From an uncultured Planctomycetales bacterium (GTDB taxonomy: Bacteria; Omnitrophota; Gorgyraeia; Zapsychrales; Fredricksoniimonadaceae): DNA of 64,000 nt. Below are positions 35,501-47,500 of the stretch, one piece after another. Within the stretch, counting starts at the first letter, position 1. Every line of letters begins with the position of its first letter. Position numbers and translations under genes: made by a program. The stretch lies in the NCBI GenBank assembly GCA_964483535.1, contig CAZABZ010000001.1:8594-72593 (forward strand), read 5' to 3'. The notes under the pieces were generated by a model. That model made no database searches and was not told the DNA's origin. It was given only the letters and a program-made list of their open reading frames with translations.

Positions 35501-38500
35501 GCCTCCAATGTCATTAGAACCAAACAGATGCGTAGCCTGATTATTCTGAGCATATGTCCCGAAAGCAGTCGTGACCGTTTCGGAGAAAGATCCGATTTCC
35601 TTTGCTTTTCGGTAATCGATATAGGTTTGCCTGGTCTTTTCTAAATCTTTGATGGTCCGTTCGATGGCATTTGCTTTTAAGATTACTACGTCTGTCACTT
35701 TGCCTGCGTCATCATATTTAACATAGACCGGCACTTCGATTTTTTGGTCTGTCTGGGCAATGGTGATTATGGACTTCCCAGGAAGAAGATTTAAATTGTC
35801 CATCTCCTGTTCAGTGTACCCATAAGATTGTGACTTCCTCCAACCATCAACAACAATAATGGCTTCAATATTCGGATCCGCATACAAATCTTTGAGTGTT
35901 TGCAGATTTTGAATTTCCCAATCTAAGCTAGGGTTCTTAAACGGCAGAGAAAAATTAATCCTCAAATGCTTGGGTGAGTTGAAAAATAGCGGATTTGACT
36001 GATCGCTCCATTCATTAATAAAGCTGCGGGTATCCAATGAAACTCCGATGAATGGAAGCAACGCTAATACTGGGTTGAGTTTGCCATTGAACATATCCTG
36101 GATTCCTATCTTACTTAAGACTCCATAATTTTGCTTCCAGAAACTGTCTCCTGTTTGGATGCTAAGGTAAGGTAAAGTGTTGCCCTGGATGATCAAGGCC
36201 GCGGTCTGGATCAAATTGACCTGGCTGAGGTCCCAGGAAATAATGGGCTGGGTCAAGACAGTGACTAACCCGCTATACTTCGCTTGATACGATGCCCACC
36301 ACATATAATCCGGATGGGAAGTCCCATTTGCTTCAGTCTTGATATACGGATGAAGAATGTGATCATACTGTATCTGCGGTGCATATAAACCAAGTGTCTG
36401 GCCTATCAAGACGGTAATCTCATCTGAAACACTTAAAAATTTACCGACTAACGCTTCGTGCATACGTGATCTTAAGAAACTATCCACTTCGGCAATCTGT
36501 TGCACTGAGAAGGCGCTGGTGCGGAAGTTATGGCCTTTCTTTGTCCATTCATCAAATTGCTGATGGTTGGTTTGCCTGGTCTTTAACCATTCTTCAAACG
36601 TGATGCTGTTAGATCTGTCGCTTTCGGAGAACAGCACCCATCCGACCAACTCATCTTTACGTTTATCATCAATAGGGCCGGGCAAAGTATCCTTGACGTG
36701 ATGACGTAAATCAAAGATCACGTTGCCCAATGCCTGGACCACTCCGCCGCCTGGTATTCCAAAAGCGCTCATACCCGTGGTTATAAAATCTAAGGCAATA
36801 CCCAACCTGCGGCGGCTCTTTTGCATTTCCAGGGTTTTACCTACTGCATTCTTTTCCTGCTCAGCGGCATATTTGGCGAATTGATTTTGGGCAATCCCTA
36901 CACTGAACTTATTAGGCCCGAATAAATACCGCGGCTTTTGAAGCACTTCTTCATAGGTTTCCGGATAATACTGGTTCAAAAATGGTTTACCGTTTTTGTC
37001 GCCTAATAGCTTTTCTTTGTCCGAAGAAATTTCCGCGAACTGTATCCAAACTCCAGAGACGCTGTTGACATATTCCAATTCACGGCTGTTGCCTTTGTCC
37101 CCTTTAATCGCATAAGTCACGCGCTTAAACGGTACCTGTTTGGGCACCTCAACAATTTCGCCTTCAGCCATGAAGCGCTTAACAGAGCCGATGTTGCCCC
37201 ATTTATCAGGGATAATTTCCGCGGTGGTCAAAAGCCCTGTCTCAGGGATGGCCACGCCTTTAAACAATTGTGCCATTTCCGGTTTTGCCAACTCAGCGAG
37301 CTGCTCATTCCGATCAAACATGCCAAGGACCTTAATCAAGGCCATTTGCATTTTGATGTCATGCTGTGCGGACTTTATCAAATCGTATTGGGCCTGGGCC
37401 GCTTTTTCGCCCGACCACAAAATACCTTCTTGATCATGACCGTAGGCATCTTTGAATTTAACCAACGTCAAAAACGGCCGTCCGGCCAGTTCGTTGTTAT
37501 GAACATCCGCGAGATTAATCGGCGGAAACTTCTTATCATCTTTTATGTCAGCCAAATCAAGAGGTTCTGCGCCTAATGGAATAAATTTGGCGATTAGTTC
37601 TGTGTCTTTTTTATACAAGAAATGATTCATCTGTTTCTCAGTCCTAATCTCAAGTAATGGAGCGTGTAAACTGCCAGGCTCTATAGATCCAACGACAGCC
37701 ATGACTTCAGCCCCGAAATACAATTTCTCCTGGATATTTATAAAATTCTTACGGGCAGTTTCAAGCCACTTGATCTTGATGTCTGTGCCCTTGTAATTAA
37801 TTTTTCCTGTTTTCAGAAACTCTATCAAACTCTCGCGGTTTTTGAATAAACCATCCATGTTCAACCGGCTTAATTCTTTCAATTTCTCATTAAGCAATCC
37901 TTTGTACTCTTTAACCCCGAACAATTTATGGACTAAGGAATCATAAGCGACCATGCTCATCTGTTCTGTCCGGGTTTTGTCACCCATATCAATTGTTTCG
38001 CCGTTCAGAATCTTCACGTAATCTCTGACCCTGTCCGGCGTTTGCTGGAACACTGCTGAACTCAAGAGATCTTGACCTGCTTTGGCCCACTCTCCATTCA
38101 ACATATGCTGGCGCCAGGTATAAAATGTGCTATAGGAACCATTGGTCTGATACGCAAGTTCCACCGCAACCCACTGAGCTCTCCAGGACAATTTACTGAA
38201 TGCTTCCGGACCAAAGAAATCAGCTGCTTTATTAATATACTGTGGCAGTATTTCAACCAATATCTTGTCGGCTTCGTCCTGGGTCGATCCTCGCTTGCTT
38301 TGAATAACATCCTTAGGCAGGAGGTTTAGAACGGTGTTCCATTCAAATCCATAACCGATATCCATTTGTTTGTGGTTTGGATCTACATAGGGCCAAGCTC
38401 TAAAACCTTCATGCTTGCGTATGCTGCTCATTACGGATGGGCCAGCTTCCGGTTGTAACAAGGAGTAAGCTTCGGCTAAAGATTCCTGGATTCGTTGCAA

Positions 38501-41500
38501 ATCCAGATTATTCGTCTGATATTCCAGGGCCTCTTTATCCGCGATGACTTTGTACTCTTTATTGATAATACCGGTTAATACCGCTTCGACCTTTTCTAAT
38601 GCCGTCGTATCATTGCGAGAAACCGTGGGCGACGTGGCAATCTTTTGCAATAGCTTTTCCAAATCACGTATGGCCGCTTCCAACGCTTTGGCTTGTTCAT
38701 CGCCGCGAACGGCTATCGGTACGATAATTGAACCCTCCTCAAAGTATCCTTGCAGCTTATCTAATAGATCCTTCGAAAACTTCTTGTCATGGGCTTGTTG
38801 CAGGTCCTCGAGCTGATACCGTATGTCTAAAAGACCAAGTGACTTGACTTTGTTTAAACCGGCCAAAATATCTTTATTCTGCTCTGCATCCCGGATTGCC
38901 AAATCGAGTTCAATCTTTTCAAATTTCCTAAAGTTCCCCTTTTCATTGCTATTTCCCTGCAAACGCTGCAATTCGCTTTTCACTAATAGAGTATCTATCG
39001 CTAATTGTATTGATTCTTTGACCTTCTGGTCCTCTTGATACCGGGCTAATTCTAATTGATACTCGTAGTAGGCGCTGAGTACGCCAAGGGCACGCTGTTG
39101 AGCGGCGAACGCTGTCTTCTGGTCATTAGGGTCATAACGAACAGTGATCGTTTGACCTTCGATTGCCTTTTGGACCACCTGCTGGGTAGCAAGCCAATCT
39201 GAAAGATGATCGCCGCCAACAACTTGTTGAACAATGCCTTTGAATTGCTCAGCAGGCACATTATTGTCTTCTCTTATCTGCAAAAGCTGTTGGGTGTGGT
39301 AAAGCGCGATTAGCTTCTGCATATCCGCGGAGACGCTCTGTGGACCTACCAACAAGACTGTTGAAGCAACCTGCGCCCTGTTAAACGGTACAAAGTCCCG
39401 TACTTCAATAGCGGCTACCTGCGACTGAATGCTCAGTATGGTCGCCATCACGCTTGTAGCGGCTATTTTCTTGATGCGTCCGGCAATAGGAGTAGCGGCT
39501 TTACTCGAGCGTTCTTTGCTCTGAAGGGCCGTGATTTTCTCCTGATCTTTTTTAATTTCTTCTTGGTCCTTTTTGATCTCTGCTAATCTATGTTCAATAT
39601 TTTGGGCCATTCCCTTCAAATTTGAGGCGCCAAAAATATGCTCAACTGCATTCAAATTGCTCTCTTCCTGCAGGGATACGTATGGATTTAATCCCAGCTC
39701 TTGCGCTCCCTCTTGTAACCCTTGCGCTGTCTTGCTGTTCTTCTCTTTTAGCAAATCGTCGCCGTTCAAATTTTTTCTAATAATTGTTTGAAGTCCTGCC
39801 TCAATCCGTTTTTGCTGATTAGCTTGACTGGCCCTGTACCAATCACCTATGGAAATCCCGCGGACGTCTTTAGACGCGACGAAATAAAACGCCTGCCCGT
39901 TCATCTGGCGCTTCACTAAAGCCGCTATGGTTTCAAGGCCATCCTGGTCCAAATCAACCGCCACGCGCTGAGGAATACTCAAAACAAACCTGTCTAATCT
40001 GGCGGCCTCTCCATTCTCCGTTGTCTTAATACCAATAGCCTTAGCCGCGGAATTTTCCGGTGTGGCTGCGCCTGAAAGATTCAGCATATAAGCCAAACCA
40101 AACTCCGGATGGTAAAGATAATTTTCGCCCTGTCTTGCCAAATGCGCTTTGACCTCATCCACGTTTTGAGCTATCGCGCGATTGGTCCGGTAGAAGGCCG
40201 CCGCTATTTGATCACGTATCAACAGGTCCTTGATTAGAGGGACTATGGACAATTTAGCGGAAAGCGTAAATTTGATATCTTCCGCCTTCCGTGCTGTTGC
40301 CTGGGCTAACTTTTCAATTAATGGTTCCAGCTTGGCCTGGAAGGCTTTTTGCTGGCTGACTCGATCTTCTATCGGTAAAATCAAACTGACCTGATGTTTA
40401 TTCTTTAATTCCACAGACGGCACTTCGCCTTCACGAACATCCGTAATTTCCAGTGCTCCCTGTGCCCCGGCGCTATTGGCTAATCGGGCGCCCAATTGCG
40501 CCTTGAGAATAGCTCCGGCAAGGCCTCGGTCATCCAGCTTTTGCTCCAACTCTGCCAAAGTCGACTGCCGTCCCACCTTGGCCACGCCTGCGCCGCCCGG
40601 CAGAAGCTCTAATTCACCGACAATGCGGGTCTGAGGCTCAATGGCGTCACGGAATTCCTCATAAGAAAGATGCTCGCGTCCCGTCGCGATTTGGGCGTCT
40701 TTAATAGCATCTCGCAACTGAGGATATCTTTTAATGAATCCTTGCGGATTTAAGCTAAACTCATCATCTAAATGTCTCAAATTCAATTCATTGACCGGCA
40801 ATCTTGGCTCTCCAAACAAATTATTGACCGTATTGTCAAGGGTGTTCTGAGGCATAACATGATTAAAGAATTGCCCCATAACACTCATCGCGGAAGGAGG
40901 AACGTCTGCGCCGTAAGCAGGTGACTCCGTGGCATTGATGACCGCATTGATGCCATGACCGACAACAGAATCTTTAAACGGAGAATCTTTCTCGACAAAT
41001 GATGCCCCTGCCGCGGTTAATGTAAAGATTTCCGCGGCAATAATCCACATATGCCAGACCCCGGCCCAAAATTCTGCACCTGTATCCGCCAATAAATTCC
41101 AAATGGATCCAGAAGCGAAAGGCTCTTTCCCAAGTGATTGCCGAATCAACCGCCAGGCAGAAACCGGCAATAATAATGGAGACACCAAAGTTAATCCAAA
41201 CGCCACGATGTCCATGGCCACAAAATAAAGGGCCCCCTTAACAGAAGCGCTTTTAATAGGAGTGCTTTGTTCTTCACGGACGGCTTTCTCCAATATCGTT
41301 CCCAGGGCCGGTCTGCCGTTGGTATCTAATCTTCCGGTCTTGATTAAATCTCTAATCAGAACTTTTATCTCATCTCGATCCTCAATAAATCGCTTATCAC
41401 GCAACAAATCATAAAGTGTATTGGCATAAAAACCAACGTAGCCCATTGCCGCGGCTTTTTGGGCGAGAACCGCATGCTTTCTCGTTAAACTGTCACTTGA

Positions 41501-44500
41501 AATACGACCGCTTAAACGGAAAATCCTGTTTAATTTTAAATTCATAAACAGGACCATAAACCCTAATCTAAGCAATTCACCCCAAGTGAAGGTCAAATGA
41601 ACAGTCCACAATTGGTCCTTAAGCCAATTAAGACCGAATACCGCGCTGTGGGCTTGGTCCGGGAAGAAGTAAATCAAAACAAAGGAACCAGCAATTCGAC
41701 CGATGATCGCCAAAGTCGCCCTGCCAAACAAGAATGTCGCTGTCCCAATACCAACTGGGAAGACCAATTGCAAGACACGGCAAACAATGACCCCTCTGTA
41801 CCAGACTGCATTGAGTTTTCCTTTTTGCTCTAATTCATCCTGGGCATCTTTTGCCTCTTTTTTGATGTTCTCCTCAACAGCCGGGGCTAATTTACCCTTA
41901 ATATAATCATCAACGAATTCACCAAAAGCAATCAATGTCCAGGAAGCCACAAAGAAGAATCCCCAAAATACCGAGGCTAAATACGGTGATAAAAATCCAA
42001 TAATCCCGCCTTTGATAGCAGTGCCTATCATGTACCCATAATTGATATACCCCAGACAAGCTCCCAAAATTGTCGCGCCGATAACAAATATTGTGAACAT
42101 CCTGTTGTTAATTAATGAATTTACGAAACCACTCTTCTGTTGTGACCGGTTTTTGGACAGATCGAATAATTTCGTAAACCAGAATGGTTTAACTTCCTTA
42201 AAGAACGCACGCGATACTCCCAATATCATTGCGCCACCACTCACACCAAGTTGCTTTGCCTTGATTGTAATAAGCGAGAAAATATCTCTCAATCCGCCAA
42301 AGAATCTTGTATTTTTGTCCTTATAAAGACGATAGATATCCTTTGCTAAAACTCCGGAAGCTATCAGGAACAAAACTGATGGCAACAAGACAGTAAGTTC
42401 CTTGTAATTCTTAAGGCCATTCTGGTAAAGCTGAACAAGCGGTGATGTGCTTCCGAGGAACAGGCTAAGGGCCTCAAAGAAAAGTGGAATGCTGAAGATA
42501 AGATGTGTGAAGCTCTTTACTGTTGTAAAAAGTTTCTGCCGTGTTTCCTTTATAGGAATGTACTGCAGATGTTTGTCTTTCTGTGCCTTCCATGTGTATA
42601 AAATGAATCCAACTGGAATAGCAACCATGAGCGCATGGATAATGGTGGCCTGCGAAGGAACGGCAAATTGGATGACTTGACTAATTAAGGTTGGTGATGT
42701 TGAAGCAAAGGACAGGGCTGGCATCCCCAGCAAGAGAGCAAAAACTGTTATAGGTCTGACAGCTAATCTCCAAGCCCCATGTCCCTGAATAAATGCTATA
42801 ACTGGCTTGATAGCAGAATTATGGAAGCCTTGAATTAAAGCTTGAATGCGGGTTGCTATAGAAGGAACACGAATTCCACCGTTCTTTTCTGCCTCGTTTT
42901 GGGCGAGCGAAACAACTGTGGCTGCGGCAGTGCTTGTCAGAACAAACACTTTTTGCGCCTTCGATTCATCGCTTCTTGTCGGAGTCGCGGACGCAGTCCT
43001 AGAACCTTGAAGAAATCTATTGTTATAAGCGTCTACGTCGATACCCAATCGTTGCGCAGTTTCCACACTTCTAGAACCTCGCACATCTTGGGTTCTTATA
43101 CCTTTTATGGTTTCTGCTGCCTTGGGTACACTTCCTACACCTTCTGCACCTCTTGCAGCTCCGCCATATAGGCTAGACACGCTATTTTCACTTCTACGGA
43201 TGCCCTTCCCTAATACTATCCGGAATGCACCCAGCACTTCTTTAACGTACCTTACGGTACGAGAACGGATCTTGCTTGCTTCTACTGTGCCTCTACCTAC
43301 TTCGCTTGTAACACCCGCGTTCACCACGAGGGTGGTATTGCCAACTGCATTGTTGCCAACTTCTGTGCTTCTAACTGCTATGTTGCTTGTACTGCCTACC
43401 TCTACTACCTTTACTTCGCTTACTTCTTGCTTCTTCGCGGACGGAGCTCGCGCTAAGCCGCTTCCTGCATTTTCATCAAAAACGGTACTTCTTGTTGCAA
43501 CTCTAGTACTGCCAACTACTTCACTATTTTCCTCTTTTCCTACCATTAATCTGTATGCTAACCTGAGGAAGGTTAGTACAGATTGAAAAATACCCGGAGA
43601 ATATAACCTTGGGCTAGTTCTTGCTACAAAATCCTCCATATTAGTACCAAAATCGCCTCTATTCCCATCGGATAAGCCCATGTTTCCAGGACTTGTCTCA
43701 TTCAAGAACGTACTCGGTGGCGCACCTCCAGGCCCGAAATTCCCTCCAGACCCGGGCGGAGGCTGATTAGGATTAGTCGGTAAATACGGTAACGGCGGTA
43801 CTTGTTGTGTCTCCTTAGACTTAGGCCAACTCTTATTTGGCATCTCTTCCTTAGGCGCTGGCGTTACCGTAGCTGCTGGCAATTGACTTCTGCCGTTGAT
43901 AAAGGACAAGAAGCGATCAGGATCCTGTATTAGTTTCTTATTTGTATATTCATCGATTTTAGCAAACAAACTTTTTGCATCGGCCCGTATATTTTGTCCC
44001 TCTTTATCAACAACTTGCAATCTCCATGCCTCCGGCATCCCCAAGAAATCAGAAGCTTCAAACTGATTATTACCGGAATTAAGCATCTGGCTTAATTTAT
44101 TTATGACTCCCCACTGTCCTTTAATCTTGTCCGCATTTTGATAGAGAGCACGCAGGTAATTCATTGCCGCTCCTCTGGTCACAAAGGTCTCACAGCGCAA
44201 GAAGAAGTCGACATCCAACGCTGTCTTATCAGGCTTAGACTCATAATTTTTAAGGAAAATCGCAATCATTTCCGGATTATTCATCAAATGCGCTAATTCA
44301 TCTAGAGTCAGGGTCTCAAATCTTCCTTTGGTTTCATTCCTGACAAATTGCAGCCTTTCCTGGGCATCCTTGGCATCCATATCAAGCCATATCCCGGCTA
44401 ATGAAAGATAGCTCAACAACGAATCCTCTGTTCTGCCTTCTTTGGCTTCTTGATTCCTTATTGCCTCCAAATCCTTGACTTGCAGAGCACCTTTAGCGGC

Positions 44501-47500
44501 ATACAGTTTGGTCGATTCAGCCAATTCTTTAACTAATTTCATCCGCGTATCAAATGCATTAAGGAAAGGTGTTTTGCCCAATACGCCCCAGAACAGCTGG
44601 ACAACCTTCGGCTTTTGCGATTGCTCCTGCTCAAATCGTAATAACGCATTGCGCTGCGTGATCATTCTTTTATACAAAGTATCCGCGCCATTTTTAGTGA
44701 GTTTGTCAGACAAATGTTTGTACACCGTATTATTATGATCAACTTTCAACGCATCGGCTATTCTAAGCGGCATCAAATCAGGCATCTGATCATTAGTCAA
44801 CTGAGTCTGAAGTGTTCTTAAATTCTTAAGGAAATCTTGGGGTTCTATTTCCGTATTTATGCTGCCGCCATGCTGGGTCCAGAAATCCACCATAGTAGCC
44901 CAACGTAAAACATCCGTTACATTATTCTCATTGGCCTCGAATAAACGATTGGTTACGTCAAAAGCCAACCGATTAATTTCTTGACGGTCTTCGCTTTCGG
45001 CAGGGGCGTTTTGAGTTAGAACGGCCAACTGTCGACGTAACTCAGCTGAAAGTTTGGCAACCGTCTCCATCTGGCTTAAGAAAATTAACCCGAGCTGGGT
45101 GACGGAGTGGTTGGTAAAATACAAATCATTGTTTAAGAATTGGTCCGCCAGCGATGGTCCTAATCTTTGCTGCAAAGTATCAGCCGTGATTGGGCCATTG
45201 CTGGAAAGGGCTTGGGCTGTGACATTGGCCGCATGAATGGCGTCTTGACCATATACAGGAGCTATGTTGGTTGGCAAAACAGCTTCAGCAAATTTATCAC
45301 GCAAAGTCTCAAAGACCTCTGTGAAATTAACTCTTATCTGTTGAATCTCCTGGGGGAATTCCAAACTCGGCAATTTGCTCTTGCCGTAAGGATTGATTTT
45401 AATCTTGGGCAACTCTTCTCGTTGAAGGTCATGGGCTATATTCAAATAGCGACGCACCTGGTCTTCCAATGCAGGGCTTATGCCGGATGAGAGTAGCCCT
45501 TCGAGCATACTGGTCGTGCCGTTCCAATTCGATTGTGACGCGGCAATAAACCATTCCGGACCACTGACGGTATAATTAAGGAGCATTTCGCGTTCATTGC
45601 TGAATCGTCCTCCCAAAACCTGGGTCAACATTAACTCCAATAATTTTTTATCTCCAGGGGATTTCTCAAACAGGGCCAGCCATTTTTGCAAGGGGCTGAC
45701 TTGGCGTAAATTGTGCAATACATTAAGCACCGCATGGCGTACAGTCCGGTCACGATGGGCCAAAGCATTATATTTGACAATCAAGCCTAACAGAATCTCC
45801 GGCTTAATCGTCTTTGAATCAACTCCTGACAAATTCTGTTGAGCATCCTTTACAAAATCGCGGATATCTTGATACATTTTCCCATCCGGCAGGCGTTTGC
45901 TTAATATATCGACTTGTTCCTGAAGATATCCTCGATAACGCTCAAGGTTTTCTCTATCGTTGTAGAGGTATTTATCTCCCTGCTCGCCATTACGATTATT
46001 ACGGTTTAATGCCTGGATCAATAAGGACTCTTGCCATAAATGGCCGGCAAGTACATGGTTGTCCAAAGCGCCATTGAAAGAGATACCAGTGGAGATAAAC
46101 GGTAAGCCCAATACTATCCAGTTGTTGGGGGCCGCGTTATTTTCCAAATATTCAATTATTTCATTTTGATTTTGATTACTGCCATCGAGAATAAGTACCC
46201 TGATTTGGTCAATCGCTTCTTCTTTTTTCAAGTCATCCACCGTCAAAACAGGAGAATCTCCCCAAAATACGCCGGTTGAGGCTGAGGCCAAAGCGGCTTT
46301 CAATTGATCCGCGAATTGGCGCTGAATATCCGCATACGGAGATTGCACAACCACCGCGCGTTTTCCCGCTTGTTCGACAACTTTATCGACTGCAGCTTTT
46401 AAAGATTCACCTAATGTATCCTTCAAATCAAATAATGTGAGTTTGTCCAATTCGAGTGTGCTGGGTGAAATCTCTTCAAATGGGCCCTGCACAAGACCGG
46501 ATTGCAATATGGCCTCCAAGCCTTGAGCTGTCGCGGTAAAACCAACGACCTCATCATGGCCCAAGACCAATTCCCACAAAGGATTTTCACTCTTGGTTTC
46601 ATTGGTGATTGGCATCTTATCAATGTCAATTTTGTTATCGGGATTACGTTCGTTATATTGCAGGACCTTGCCAAACAAATAGGCAATGTATGAAATATTC
46701 TTTTCGACTTCCACGATGCCTGTCGGACCTACAGGGAAGTATCCTAATTTTCCATTTTTATCCAGAGCTAAATTTAATCTAATCCCGTCGGGTTCAAGCA
46801 TGGACTGAATGGTCGCGGCAAAATGGTTTTTATCGCCTTCATCTGTTATTTTGTATGCGTCATAAACCCCCCAGGAAACCAAGAAATGCCGGCCATCGAC
46901 GGCAATGTTAGGATTGTAATAAACAATGGCCTCGCCGCTGGCCTCTGCTTGACGAAAGACGTCCAGACTGTCCGTGATCTTGTATTTTTGTCCTTTACTT
47001 AAATCCTTAAGCCAGTCGGCCACTTGATTGCGCACGTGGGCCAAATAGGGATCTTGAGTTATATCCGTCGTAGTGGAAACAACGTAATTGTATATCTCGG
47101 CCAGCTTCTGCATCTCATCGACAATGAGCGAGCCGTGTTTAAATGTCACCGCGGCTTTGGCGATTTCAGGTTCTTCAAAAATAATCGGCATGAACCCGCG
47201 GGCATTGTAGGACGAAACCTTGATCTTATTGGGATTTGTCAGCATATTGACAAACTCCTGAATGCGGGCCTCTTTGTCTATTGAAGAAGGACCGGTCGCG
47301 ATATATTCTTTTAATTGATTAGACAATTCATCAAGATTGACAAATTCAAAATCCGGCGGCAATTCCCGGCCCAAAGCGCTAACCATGTCTAGAGCAAATT
47401 CTGCGGATGTCTTTCCAAAAATATGTTTCCCCTGAACAACGCGTCTGACAATGGGTTCGCTGTCAAAAAGCATCAACACATTTTTATTGGATAAAGAACG

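Noticed and set aside
37998-38430. Prophage inferred from the phage-type lysozyme
   Set aside because: The lysozyme is an in-frame domain; no holin, structural or integrase genes are present.
38480-39330. TolC-like outer-membrane efflux domain
   Set aside because: Only a vague helical resemblance (VLSAYYEY); no beta-barrel strands seen, so treated as coiled coil.
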